A DNA stretch of 41,227 bases, from NCBI GenBank assembly GCA_035385485.1, contig DAOOKC010000004.1:1-41227 (forward strand). The letters run 5' to 3'. Each line of letters starts with the position of its first letter. Position 1 is the stretch's first letter. This document shows, one piece after another, positions 1 to 9,835 of this stretch. A program made the translations under genes and the position numbers. A model generated the notes under the pieces. That model was not told the DNA's origin. It ran no database searches and saw only the letters and a program-made list of their open reading frames with translations. Source of the DNA: Exilispira sp. (GTDB lineage: Bacteria > Spirochaetota > JAAYUW01).

Positions 1-305
1 TTTACTAAAAGATCATTAAATTTTAAGTTTAAAAAAGGTAATTTCAATGATATCAGAAATAAAATAAATGTAATAATTGTATTTAAGAATATTGAAAATA
101 AAAATAAAATATTTTTATTAATTCTAATAAAAAAGAAGAAAAATAAAAAAGTTAAAAATAAAATTAAAAGTGTAATAGTAGAGTAAATAGTTTTACTTTG
201 TATAAAATAAATAAGCTCGAAATAACCATCATTTTTTAAGATTATAGGTTGAAAAAGAAAGACAAGTAATATTGAAATTGAAGTTAAAATGCTTAAAAAT
301 TTCAT
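1..305 (-). CDS. hypothetical multi-pass membrane protein, N-terminal part (frame runs off the left edge)
   Basis: An ATG at 305 (minus strand) opens a stop-free frame down to position 1 (MKFLSILTSISILLVFLFQPIILKNDGYFELIYF...). It has several hydrophobic stretches. It is absent from the track because no stop lies in the window. There is no clear SD, and F/L/I richness can also arise from A-rich non-coding DNA. Confidence 0.3.
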   Translation of the reverse strand, partial: MKFLSILTSISILLVFLFQPIILKNDGYFELIYFIQSKTIYSTITLLILFLTFLFFFFFIRINKNILFLFSIFLNTIITFILFLISLKLPFLNLKFNDLLV

Positions 306-446
306 TTTTAACTTTAAGTTTGGATTATAATTTTAAATTGTATTAAATAAAAACTTTGCAATTTTTAGTCTTTTAATTTATTAATAAAAATAATCTTTAA
401 TATTAATTTGTATTTTTTTTATTTATCAATAAAATAAAATCTAATA

Positions 447-800
447 TTAGAAAAGGTCTATAGTTCTTTTGGGGTTTGCTTCTTCAGATACTTCGTAATT
501 TAAATAAATCCATTTTTTTATAGTGCAATAAGCCCAATAAGAAAAAATGCCAAGAGTTAAAATAGATAAAAGTATTGAAATATAGACAATTCCCGCTATT
601 TGACCACCTTTACCTGTAAATTTCATCTGTTTACCATTTATAAATGTATTTCTTGCAGCCCATCTTGCTCTCTGGCATATTGCCCATGGAAGATAAAATC
701 CAAATGTAATAAGTGTTAAAAAACCAGTCCATATTGTAAGCCAGAAAAGACTACCACCCTTACCTGTAAATTCTATAACTTGATTATTATTCTGTTCCAT
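447..800 (-). CDS. small membrane protein with two DUF898/YjgN-like repeats
   Basis: There are two internal repeats, (E/K)FTGKGG followed by a hydrophobic helix and a W/Y-rich loop: EFTGKGGSLFWLTIW...YLPWA and KFTGKGGQIAGIVYI...FSYWA. Confidence 0.55.
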   Translation of the reverse strand: MEQNNNQVIEFTGKGGSLFWLTIWTGFLTLITFGFYLPWAICQRARWAARNTFINGKQMKFTGKGGQIAGIVYISILLSILTLGIFSYWAYCTIKKWIYLNYEVSEEANPKRTIDLF

Positions 801-914
801 GATATTTTCCTTATTTAAATAAATTTCTGATTGAAATAAAATTTTATTAAAATAATTTTTAATAATTTCGTCTAATTGTATTAAGTTCTTTAAATAACAA
901 AATAAAATATAAAA

Positions 915-1283
915 TTAAATTTTATCCACAGCCTTTGTTGCAATAATATCTGCACCACTATTTGCTACATTAGAAATAATAATTTGATTAATTTCGACAG
1001 GAGCATGAATTGATGAATTTTTAATTATATCCATTATGGCAAAAATTAATCTTTTTGGAACAGGTTTGCTTGTCTTAACAGAAACCAATTCACTTTTGCC
1101 ATCTATCACCTTTATGCTTGTCGTAATTATTCTATGAGGGTCTGTCACTTCCTGCATTGCATATTCTTTACCACTTTTACAGGTAAAACCAGAGATATCC
1201 AAAACTTTATTATCATCGTCAAGTTTAACTTTTATTTTACAGCCAAGTGGACATTGAATACAAATCATTTCAACATCTTTCAT
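915..1283 (-). CDS. DUF1667 domain protein (Cys-rich N-terminus CIQCPLGC)
   Basis: The N-terminal CxxCxxxC is followed by the conserved fold pattern of DUF1667. It sits in the usual position downstream of the two FAD oxidoreductases. Confidence 0.7.
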   Translation of the reverse strand: MKDVEMICIQCPLGCKIKVKLDDDNKVLDISGFTCKSGKEYAMQEVTDPHRIITTSIKVIDGKSELVSVKTSKPVPKRLIFAIMDIIKNSSIHAPVEINQIIISNVANSGADIIATKAVDKI

Positions 1284-1347
1284 AATAAATTATTCCCCAT
1301 TTTTTTAATATTATTTCAATCAAGTATTTTTAAATAATAATTCATAT

Positions 1348-2589
1348 TTAAACTATTTCTACAACTATGTTATCGATATTTCCAAGTTTTTCTATCTGTT
1401 CTGCTTTTATAGTTTTATGAACCATTTCACTTGGTATAAAAGCCTGTTCTTTACCTTCAAATATAATTGAGTTTCCACTTTTAACTATAAGTCTACCTTT
1501 TTCAATTGGTTTTATTGATCTAAGATATAAATTTAAATCAGTTTGTTCTACCCATGCATTGCAATTAATAATACCTACACCAATGCCTTTTTTGATTGGA
1601 ATTTTCTTTTTTTCTTTTTTTTGTTTAATATATTCTACTGCATAAGTGCCCGCAATTTCACCTTCCTTCGTAACATAGTCGACAAGATCATATATAATTA
1701 CACAATTTCCAGAAGAAAAAATCCACGGAACAGATGTATTCATAGTGGAATCAACTATTATACCTCTTGTTCGTAAGTCTATATCAACATAGCCCATCAT
1801 TGGAGTGGTTGAAGGAACAAGACCAACTGATAATACCAGTGTGTCAACGCTCCAAGATCTTTGAGAACCTTCAATGATATTATAATTTTCATCAAGTTCA
1901 GATGTTATAACTTCAGACAATCTTCCTTCACCTCTAACTTCAGTTACTGTGGTTGAAAGAAGAAGTGGTATCCCAAAATCTTTAAGGCATTGATTGATAT
2001 TTCTAGAAAGTCCTCCTGGATAAGGCATCCTTTCGCAGACAGCTACAACTTCAACTCCTTCTAAAGTCAATCTTCTAGCCATTATAAGTCCAATATCTCC
2101 TGAACCTAAAATTATTGCTCTTTTCCCTATAATTCTATTTTCAATATTTATAAATTTTTGTGCTACACCTGCAGTATAAATTCCTGAAACTCTATCACCA
2201 GGAATTAAAAGAGAACCAAAAGGTCTTTCTCTGGCTCCTGCACTATAAACAAGTGCTTCACATTTTATTTCAACAATACCATTTTCACTTGCAAAATAAA
2301 CAGTTTTAGATTTTTTATCGATAGACAATAGAAAATGTTCAAATAAAAATTTTATTGGCAAATCTTTTGTGAGGTTTATAAGATTTGCAGCATATTCGGG
2401 TCCAGTTAGTTCTTTTTTGAAATAATGAAGCCCAAAACCATTATGAATACATTGATTTAATATTCCGCCTGCAATATTTAACCTTTCAACCAAAATAACA
2501 TTCACTCCTTCTTTCGCTGCTTTCAACGCAGCGCCAAGTCCAGAAGCTCCACCACCAATTATAAGTAAATCGCATGAAATCTTATTCAT
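1348..2589 (-). CDS. FAD/NAD(P)-binding pyridine nucleotide-disulfide oxidoreductase family protein
   Basis: Two Rossmann motifs are present: DLLIIGGGASGLGAA at the N-terminus and AIILGSGDIGLIMA internally. Its start overlaps the stop of the upstream gene by 4 nt. Confidence 0.8.
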   Translation of the reverse strand: MNKISCDLLIIGGGASGLGAALKAAKEGVNVILVERLNIAGGILNQCIHNGFGLHYFKKELTGPEYAANLINLTKDLPIKFLFEHFLLSIDKKSKTVYFASENGIVEIKCEALVYSAGARERPFGSLLIPGDRVSGIYTAGVAQKFINIENRIIGKRAIILGSGDIGLIMARRLTLEGVEVVAVCERMPYPGGLSRNINQCLKDFGIPLLLSTTVTEVRGEGRLSEVITSELDENYNIIEGSQRSWSVDTLVLSVGLVPSTTPMMGYVDIDLRTRGIIVDSTMNTSVPWIFSSGNCVIIYDLVDYVTKEGEIAGTYAVEYIKQKKEKKKIPIKKGIGVGIINCNAWVEQTDLNLYLRSIKPIEKGRLIVKSGNSIIFEGKEQAFIPSEMVHKTIKAEQIEKLGNIDNIVVEIV

Positions 2590-4028
2590 TTTCTAACCTT
2601 TCCTTTTACTATATATGAATTATCTGAATTATAAACTATAGAATCAACTGGAATTCCAGTTTCTCTTGACAATATTTCAAGAATTTTATTTGTACAGAAT
2701 CCACCCTGACATTCACCGAAACTTGCTCGAGTTCTAAATTTAACACTGTCAATTGTTCTAGCTCCTCTTTTGATTGCCTCAACGATTTCTCTTTCAGTAA
2801 CTTTATTGCATACACAAACTATCTTACCTGCAAGAGGATCCTTTTTTATTATTTCATCATATTCATTTAAGCTTAATTCTCCAACATAATGCGGAATTCT
2901 TTTTCTTATAGGATTAAAATCGGTTTTCTTCTTCAAGTTTAAATCATAACTTTTAATTAACTGATCAACAACATCAATGGCTATTGCCGGGGCAGAAGTT
3001 AGACCAGGAGAACGCATCCCAGCTACATGAAAAAGCCCATAGATATTTCTACTTGGACCTATCCAGAAATCTTTATTTGGTGTTTCGGGTCTACTTCCAG
3101 CAAAAATTTTAACTGTTTCTCTAATATCAATGGAAGGAACAAGATGTTTTGCATTTTGAACAATCTTGTCTAATCCTTCCTTTGATGTAGCTCTTAAATC
3201 TTTCAATTTATAATGTAAATCAGTAGAAGTCGGTCCCAGTAATATCCCTTTATCAACTGTAGGAAGAACCAAAATTCCTTTTCCCATCTTGGATGGGGTT
3301 GGGAAAATTATACTGTTGACCAAATCATGGGCGGTAAATTTATTTAAAAGGATATATTCTCCAATTCTTGGGAAAATAGGAATGGCTCTATCACCTGCCA
3401 TAGTTGCAATTTTATCTGCATAAAGTCCGGCTGCATTAATGACAATATCTGCCTCATATTCATGTTTATTGGTTATTACTTTTTTTATTTTTGAATCTTT
3501 GGTCTTGATAGCAATAACTTCTTCCTGGAAATTAATTTTAGCACCATTTAAATAGGCATTTTCAATTGCAGCAATGCAAACCTGCCATGGTTCGGTTATA
3601 GCAGCAGTGGGTGCATATAATGAGGCTATGACATCGGGGTTTAAGTTCGGTTCCATAGATAAAAGTTCATCTTTTTCAAGTATCCTTAAACCAGGTACAT
3701 TATTCTCAATCCCCTGTTTATATAACCTATTTAAAGTATTTCTTTCTTCATTATTAAAAGCGACTACATGAGACCCTATTCTTTTGACTTCAATGTCTAA
3801 TTCTTCAGCTATCTTAGTATATAAAAAATTACCTTTGCTACAGTATTTTGCTCTAATAGTATCTGGTTCATCATCATATCCCGCATGAACTATTGCAGAA
3901 TTCGCCTTTGAAACTCCAAGTCCTGCATCCTTTTCTTTTTCTATGACAATGACATCACAATCATATTTTGTAAGTTCTCTTGAAATTAATGAGCCAATGA
4001 TTCCTGTTCCAATAACTACTATTTTCAT
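2586..4028 (-). CDS. FAD-dependent oxidoreductase (glycerol-3-phosphate dehydrogenase/L-2-hydroxyglutarate oxidase-like) with C-terminal BFD-like [2Fe-2S] domain
   Basis: The N-terminus carries VVIGTGIIGSLISREL (a DAO-type FAD fold). The C-terminal Cys pattern is CVCNKVT...FGECQGGFC. Confidence 0.8.
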   Translation of the reverse strand: MKIVVIGTGIIGSLISRELTKYDCDVIVIEKEKDAGLGVSKANSAIVHAGYDDEPDTIRAKYCSKGNFLYTKIAEELDIEVKRIGSHVVAFNNEERNTLNRLYKQGIENNVPGLRILEKDELLSMEPNLNPDVIASLYAPTAAITEPWQVCIAAIENAYLNGAKINFQEEVIAIKTKDSKIKKVITNKHEYEADIVINAAGLYADKIATMAGDRAIPIFPRIGEYILLNKFTAHDLVNSIIFPTPSKMGKGILVLPTVDKGILLGPTSTDLHYKLKDLRATSKEGLDKIVQNAKHLVPSIDIRETVKIFAGSRPETPNKDFWIGPSRNIYGLFHVAGMRSPGLTSAPAIAIDVVDQLIKSYDLNLKKKTDFNPIRKRIPHYVGELSLNEYDEIIKKDPLAGKIVCVCNKVTEREIVEAIKRGARTIDSVKFRTRASFGECQGGFCTNKILEILSRETGIPVDSIVYNSDNSYIVKGKVRK

Positions 4029-4149
4029 TTTTACTCCAGCGTAATTTGTTAATATTTAATTTATCAATATCTAATTTTTCAAATATGCTTTTTAATAAAA
4101 ATTTATAATATTTATATAAAAGATAAAATTTGAATTTTGTTCCTTTAAA

Positions 4150-4824
4150 TCATTCTTTCTTTTTGTCTTTATAGTTTTTATTAAATTGTTTTTCTACTTC
4201 AATTCTATTTCCAGAATATGTTTCATAATTATCTATAACAACTTTTTCTAAGTTGATATTTGTATCTTTATTTGAAAACATATGGTTCCATGTATTAATA
4301 TATATAACGACTCTATTATCCTTTTTTTCAAATGAATTTCCATCTATTTTTAATGAAAAATGCTTAACATTTTTTTCTAAATAAACCTGATCTGCACCAT
4401 AGTCATCTGGAAAATCAACATAATTTACTTTCCAATATCCATCAGGTGTTTTTATATAATCAATGAAAAAAGATTCGGTATCAATGATTCTTTTATACTT
4501 AAATGATCTAAAAAGATCATAAATGAAGTTAATAAAACGATTTGGGTGATCTTCATCTTTAAATAATATTGTATATTCGATTATCTTTTCATTTTCTTCA
4601 TCTTTTATAAAGCTAATGCTTACTCCGATTATATCATTTTTTTTTGTGTAATCTTGCTGCGGGCTTATAAAAATAGGTAAATAATTTAAATCAAAAGATT
4701 TTTTTTCCAATTTAATTTTTTCATTTGTGCAAGAGTTAAAAATAGTAAAAAAGATAAAAACAATTATAAAAAAATAAAAATAACTAAACTTAAATTTTAT
4801 AATTGAAGGTTTTTGTTTTTTCAT
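4150..4824 (-). CDS. hypothetical lipoprotein
   Basis: A signal peptide ends in FNSC, followed by a polar mature sequence. I recognise no domain. Confidence 0.5.
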   Translation of the reverse strand: MKKQKPSIIKFKFSYFYFFIIVFIFFTIFNSCTNEKIKLEKKSFDLNYLPIFISPQQDYTKKNDIIGVSISFIKDEENEKIIEYTILFKDEDHPNRFINFIYDLFRSFKYKRIIDTESFFIDYIKTPDGYWKVNYVDFPDDYGADQVYLEKNVKHFSLKIDGNSFEKKDNRVVIYINTWNHMFSNKDTNINLEKVVIDNYETYSGNRIEVEKQFNKNYKDKKKE

Positions 4825-5244
4825 ATTATACTCTCATATGATTATTAATATTTATCAATAAGTCATCCTTATAACAATTAAAAATTAAAATATATAAAAA
4901 GTCAAAATTTTCTTTTTAGATTTTTCTTTACTAACTAAATCAAACTAGTAATTTTGAAAAGGGGATGTTTCTTTGTTTTAATATCTTATTCATATTAAAT
5001 TCAATATTTATATTAAATTAATTCATATTAAATGATTTTTAATAAAAGTTATTTGAAAGATAATTTCAATAAACTTAAAAATAAACAATTTTTTAAAATT
5101 AAATTTAAATTTGAAAGAATAATGAAAAATTAAATATATTATCAAAAGTTTTTGGATAATAATATTTGAAAAAATATTTAAGAAAAAAATAAAAAATAAA
5201 ATTAAAAACTATATAAATTAAAAAAATATAGATCAGGAAATAAG

Positions 5245-6132
5245 ATGAAAGGTGAAGTTGCTGCACTTATTACAGCCATATGTTGGACTTTTAACTCTTT
5301 ATCATTTTCGATAGCAGGTAGAATTGTAGGTTCTAAGACAGTAAATCATATAAGACTCTGGGTTGCATTTTTAGCTATGGGATTTATAAACCTAATAAGT
5401 TTCAAATACTTTTTTCCAGTTTACGCTCCCACCAAGTCTTTAATATTTTTATCTTTGTCGGGTCTTGTTGGTTTTGCCATAGGGGATGCCGCATTATTCG
5501 AATCACTTGTCCTTTTAGGACCAAGACTTTCTATGACTATTATGGCGACAAACCCAATAATTGGAGCAGTTTTATCCTTTATATTTTTAAAAGAAACATT
5601 AAAACCTTTACATATTTTAGCTATTATAATTACAATTTCATCTGTTATGTTTGTGGTTTCTGAAAAACATGAAAATGAAAATTTTGATAAGAAAAAAAGA
5701 CCTTTGGGTGTAATATTAGCTTTTATTGGGTCTTTATGTCAGGCGACAGGCATGCTTCTTTCTAAGATCGGTTTATCAGCAAATCTTTCTGTAATTGCTG
5801 GCAATATGATAAGAGTTAGTTCTGGATTGTTTTTTATATCATTAATTGCGATTTTTCAAAAGCAATTTATAAACGATTTTATAAAACTTAAAAACTTAAA
5901 AGGTTCTTTTTATATATTTATAGGGGCTATATTAGGACCAGTTTTAGGCGTTATGCTTGCACTTTATGCAATATCTAAAACTCAGATAGGTATAGCAACG
6001 ACAATTACTTCTATTTCCCCAATACTTTTAATACCTCTTTCTGCAATAATATATAAAGAAAAAGTAACTATTAGAATGGTTATAGGAACTATTATTACTA
6101 TAGCTGGTGCAAGTGCATTGTTTTTTATATAA
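5245..6132 (+). CDS. EamA/DMT-family transporter
   Basis: About ten hydrophobic helices fall into two EamA-like halves. Size and composition are typical of the family. Confidence 0.75.
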   Translation: MKGEVAALITAICWTFNSLSFSIAGRIVGSKTVNHIRLWVAFLAMGFINLISFKYFFPVYAPTKSLIFLSLSGLVGFAIGDAALFESLVLLGPRLSMTIMATNPIIGAVLSFIFLKETLKPLHILAIIITISSVMFVVSEKHENENFDKKKRPLGVILAFIGSLCQATGMLLSKIGLSANLSVIAGNMIRVSSGLFFISLIAIFQKQFINDFIKLKNLKGSFYIFIGAILGPVLGVMLALYAISKTQIGIATTITSISPILLIPLSAIIYKEKVTIRMVIGTIITIAGASALFFI

Positions 6133-6191
6133 TAAAAAATTTATATAATAAAAAATTTTTATATAATAAAAAAATTGAAAAAGGGGAGATA

Positions 6192-6899
6192 ATGAAAAAA
6201 AATTTGGTTAAAGATATTCTTCTTATTTTATTTATTCCAATAATTTTTATTATTTTTGGATTTATTCCTTTTCTTTTCACTTTTTATAAGAGTTTTAACA
6301 GTGCTCATCCTTATATAATGAGCTTTATTAAGTTTGCCATTCTTGCAACCTATGGAGAGATAGCTTCATTTAGAATAAGTAATAAAAGATATCCTGATAA
6401 AAGTTTTGGGATATTACCAAAGATGCTTGTCTGGGGTATTTTAGGTATTTTCATAAAAGCAGCTTTCGTAATATTTTCAAATGGTGCTATAGCGCTTTTA
6501 ATATCAATAAACAGAAATTTTCCTTCAAATATTCTTGCAACAAAAGGACTTTCTTTATTAAAAATATTGGCATCATTTAGTATAAGTTTAACGATGAACC
6601 TGATTTTTGCTCCTGTAATGATGGCAGCTCATAAAATAACAGATCTATATATAGCCAAAGCTGGTGGAACTTTTGGTGGAATTTTCAAAACCAGATTTGT
6701 TTTCACAGAACTACTAAAAGATATTGATTGGAAAAGTTTTGGTGGTTTTGTACTTTGTAAAACAATCCCTTTTTTCTGGATTCCAGCTCATACAATAACA
6801 TTTTTACTTAATCAATCATATCAGGTGCTTTTTGCAGCATTACTAAGTGTCGCACTTGGATTGTTATTAGCTTATAAGCCAATTAAAAATGTAAAATAA
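6192..6899 (+). CDS. hypothetical multi-pass membrane protein
   Basis: There is a good SD (AAAGGGGAG) and several TM helices. The C-terminal FFWIPAHTITFLL...YQVLFAALLSV faintly recalls the Mpv17/PMP22 family; this is not a firm call. Confidence 0.55.
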   Translation: MKKNLVKDILLILFIPIIFIIFGFIPFLFTFYKSFNSAHPYIMSFIKFAILATYGEIASFRISNKRYPDKSFGILPKMLVWGILGIFIKAAFVIFSNGAIALLISINRNFPSNILATKGLSLLKILASFSISLTMNLIFAPVMMAAHKITDLYIAKAGGTFGGIFKTRFVFTELLKDIDWKSFGGFVLCKTIPFFWIPAHTITFLLNQSYQVLFAALLSVALGLLLAYKPIKNVK

Positions 6900-6930
6900 A
6901 AGTTATAAAAATTTTGTATTGTCTATGAGA

Positions 6931-6964
6931 TTGTATATTAACTTGTATATTAACTTGTATATTA
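6931..6964. repeat. tandem 12-mer TTGTATATTAAC, 2 full copies plus a 10-nt partial third
   Basis: Read directly at 6931-6942, 6943-6954 and 6955-6964. Confidence 0.9.
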
Positions 6965-6983
6965 TATTGTTTATCAGATGATC

Positions 6984-7015
6984 ATAAAACATATTGAATA
7001 TAAAACATATTGAAT
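6984..7015. repeat. perfect tandem 16-mer ATAAAACATATTGAAT x2
   Basis: Read directly at 6984-6999 and 7000-7015. Confidence 0.9.
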
Positions 7016-7058
7016 CATTTTTTAAAAAATTTGATTAAACTGTATAATCTTGTTATTT

Positions 7059-7093
7059 TAATTATTCTAATTATTTTAATTATTTTTAATTAT
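7059..7093. repeat. four phased copies of TAATTAT(T), period 9-10 nt
   Basis: Copies start at 7059, 7068, 7077 and 7087. The last overlaps the stop codon of the MBL-fold gene. Confidence 0.8.
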
Positions 7094-7722
7094 CGTAATA
7101 TTTTCCCTTCGCTTGGCATCTGTATCTGCTCTACAAAAGATTTCGCATCACTTATGCTTCCTACAACATCTCCAAAATGTATTGGGATGGCATATTTCGG
7201 TTTTAGCTTGTTTGCAAGCATTGCTGCTTCTTTCCAGTTCATAGTGTAAGTGCCACCTACAGGGAGAAAGGCGACATCTACATTAAGATTCTGAATTTCT
7301 GGCACTGAATCTGTATCTCCTGCAATATAATATTTTATATTATCAACATTAATAATATAACCAACCCATTTTTTCTCTTTCGGATGGAATTGTTTCCCTA
7401 TGTTATATGCATAAGTCGTAGTAAAGGAAATAGAAGAAGCTGTATATTGATGATCTGGTTCTACGGTAATTACTTTTAATCCAAGTTCTTTTACCTTATC
7501 TTCAGATTCCTTTGGAACAATGATAGTAGTGCTTGTTTTTGAAATTTTTCTTATATCCTGAATTGAAAGATGGTCATAATGTGAATGAGTGCAGAATATT
7601 AAATCTGCATCATTAGCAGAATCTTTAATATTGAATGGATCAACATAAATAATTAATTTTTTTTGAATTTTTATCGATGCATGACCAAGATGAAAAACTC
7701 CGTCCAACATAATTTCCTCCAC
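7090..7722 (-). CDS. MBL-fold metallo-hydrolase
   Basis: It carries the HSHYDH metal-binding motif plus downstream conserved His/Asp residues, at about 210 aa. Confidence 0.8.
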   Translation of the reverse strand: MEEIMLDGVFHLGHASIKIQKKLIIYVDPFNIKDSANDADLIFCTHSHYDHLSIQDIRKISKTSTTIIVPKESEDKVKELGLKVITVEPDHQYTASSISFTTTYAYNIGKQFHPKEKKWVGYIINVDNIKYYIAGDTDSVPEIQNLNVDVAFLPVGGTYTMNWKEAAMLANKLKPKYAIPIHFGDVVGSISDAKSFVEQIQMPSEGKILR

Positions 7723-7872
7723 ACTTTTTTATTTTTTAAACTAAAAAAATCAAAAATATTCAAAATAAAAAAATAAGAAGAAGGAAATATTATTTTTTTA
7801 TAAAAAAATAGTGCAATTAAAGTTTTAATATAAGCCAATAAATATAATTTATTAAAATCATAATTATTAAAA

Positions 7873-8577
7873 TTATTTTACTAGATAAACTGGATCAAGA
7901 TTTATAATATCACCTCTTCTAATCTGATTTACTATTACTTTTTCTGGCTTTAAATTAAAGCTAAAAAATTTTTCTTCTTTTAAGTATTCTTTTTTTGTAA
8001 CAATAATTTTCATCCTAAAGTTTTTTTCAGCAGGAGCATTGTTATTTTCTAATTTTATAGATTTAGGCCAGAAGGTAAAAATTCCATTTGTTTTTATATA
8101 AGTTTGAACTGGATTTTTCCATAATGGGTTTGCCATATCAATCTTTTTATTATATTCATCTACAAGCAAAACTTCAGCTTGATCGATAGGTTCAAAATTT
8201 GAAGAACTTAAAACCTGACCAATTATTTGAGGGAAATTGAAATAATAATCATTTGTTTCGATTGAGGTATAACCCCATTCTATTTCTTCAGAAATATTAT
8301 CATCAAAATCATCTTTTCTTCGATTTTTTATGGTTCTTATTGCATCATATATAAGGCTGATTATATCTGTAAATTTTTGAGAATCAGATTTAAGTTCTAA
8401 CTCTTCATATATCAATCCACGATATGATATTATATATTCTGGTAAAATTCTATTTAATACATAACAAACAACATCAAGTTTAAATTTTAAAGTTTTTGGA
8501 ATTTCGTCTTTATATGTAGAAATAATGCTCTCTGTTAGATTATATACTAAATCTTCAAGTGTATTTTTAATTCTCAT
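7873..8577 (-). CDS. ComFB-like domain protein with an uncharacterised ~140-aa C-terminal domain
   Basis: The N-terminal NTLEDLVYNL...KLDVVCYVLNRILPEYIISYRG matches my memory of the ComFB signature (N..E.lV ... Dv.a.aLN.LpP.Y). The AGGAGA SD lies in the last codons of the upstream HD-GYP gene. Confidence 0.5.
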   Translation of the reverse strand: MRIKNTLEDLVYNLTESIISTYKDEIPKTLKFKLDVVCYVLNRILPEYIISYRGLIYEELELKSDSQKFTDIISLIYDAIRTIKNRRKDDFDDNISEEIEWGYTSIETNDYYFNFPQIIGQVLSSSNFEPIDQAEVLLVDEYNKKIDMANPLWKNPVQTYIKTNGIFTFWPKSIKLENNNAPAEKNFRMKIIVTKKEYLKEEKFFSFNLKPEKVIVNQIRRGDIINLDPVYLVK

Positions 8578-8581
8578 CTTA

Positions 8582-9718
8582 TTATCTCCTTATTATATGT
8601 TGATTTTTTTCAAGAAAATCTATAAATAATGCAGTAAGTTGTGGATCAAATTGAGTTCCTTTACATTTTTTAAATTCCAGAATAATATTTCTAAAATCAA
8701 GAGCCTTTCTATAAGGTCTATCTGTGGCCATAGCATCAAGAGAATCTGTTAATGAGAGTATTCTACTTTCAAAAGGTATTTCTTCCCCTTTTAATTTATC
8801 GGGATAACCATAACCATCCCATCTTTCATGGTGATGCCTTATAATTTTCTTTTCTTTCGATAAAAACTCCAATGGCTCAAGTATATGTTCCCCCATTTCT
8901 GGATGTTTTCTTATGAAGTTTATATCCACAGTAGATAAACTTTCTTTCTTATTTAAAAGTTCATATGGTATTCCAATCTTACCAATATCATGAAGTAAAG
9001 CGGATATTTCCAGGGATTTTATTTGATAGTTAGGCAAATTGATAAAGAAAGCAAAATTTACAGTATAAAAAGCAACTCTTGAAGAATGACCTTTTGTATA
9101 TGTATCTTTAATTTCTATCGCATAGACTAAAGAATTTATTGTTTCAACAAAATTTGTCTCAATTTTTTCCAGAAGCTGGGCATTTTTGAGTGCAAAAGCC
9201 ATCTGAGATGCTATAATAGAAAGAATAGAAATATCATCGGAGTTTATATCAAGATGTTTTTCAGATTCAAAATATAAAAGTCCAAAAAGTTCTTTCTGAT
9301 ATGATATTGGGATATATATTAATGTAGAAACTGGTTTTGAGCTTATCTTTCCCTTAGTTTTTTCATTAAATAACTTAAATGTTATGGTTAATGATTTTTT
9401 TGCAAAATCAAGCATTTCGTCCTGATAAAAAGGTATAATATCGTATACTTTATAGGCAATTTCCTTTCCCTGTATATAAAATTCTTCTTTTTCTTTGTCA
9501 TAATTAATAAACTTACCTTCATCAAACTCATATATTTTCTTAATATGTTCAACTGTCAGGTTGATTGTATCATTATAAATATTGGAATAGGTAAAATTTT
9601 CAAATTTTTTTGCAAAAGAATAAAGCGATGAAATTAAATTACTTTTCTTGGCAATAATATCTCCAAGATCAGTGCTAATATCAAATTCAGAAATTATTTT
9701 ATTTCTTTCATTACTCAT
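8582..9718 (-). CDS. GAF domain-containing HD-GYP c-di-GMP phosphodiesterase
   Basis: LLHDIGKIGIP (HD) and HHHERWDGYGYP (GYP) motifs are present. A GAF-like region precedes them (LFGLLYFESEKHL...IASQMAFALKNAQLL). Confidence 0.85.
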   Translation of the reverse strand: MSNERNKIISEFDISTDLGDIIAKKSNLISSLYSFAKKFENFTYSNIYNDTINLTVEHIKKIYEFDEGKFINYDKEKEEFYIQGKEIAYKVYDIIPFYQDEMLDFAKKSLTITFKLFNEKTKGKISSKPVSTLIYIPISYQKELFGLLYFESEKHLDINSDDISILSIIASQMAFALKNAQLLEKIETNFVETINSLVYAIEIKDTYTKGHSSRVAFYTVNFAFFINLPNYQIKSLEISALLHDIGKIGIPYELLNKKESLSTVDINFIRKHPEMGEHILEPLEFLSKEKKIIRHHHERWDGYGYPDKLKGEEIPFESRILSLTDSLDAMATDRPYRKALDFRNIILEFKKCKGTQFDPQLTALFIDFLEKNQHIIRR

Positions 9719-9835
9719 ACTAATTAATAAATTAAATCATTTTATATAATCTTCAAGAAAATATATAAAAATTATGTAATTTTTAGAAAAAAAATTACTA
9801 TTTATATTTGTAGAAATAATTTTAAGGGTTTATTT

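Noticed and set aside
4825-5244. A 420-nt gene-free divergent region upstream of the EamA transporter, considered as a possible riboswitch or sRNA locus.
   Set aside because: The sequence is almost pure A/T with only loose TCATATTAAAT-like repeats. No GC-supported helices or known aptamer motifs are visible.
6127-6174. Three tandem copies of ATATAATAAAAAA (period 16-18 nt) between the EamA gene and the next gene. I also considered whether any tandem repeats in the window form a CRISPR array.
   Set aside because: The repeats are very short, directly abutting and pure AT, with no unique spacers of CRISPR length. They most likely arise from slippage in AT-rich DNA. No cas genes are present.
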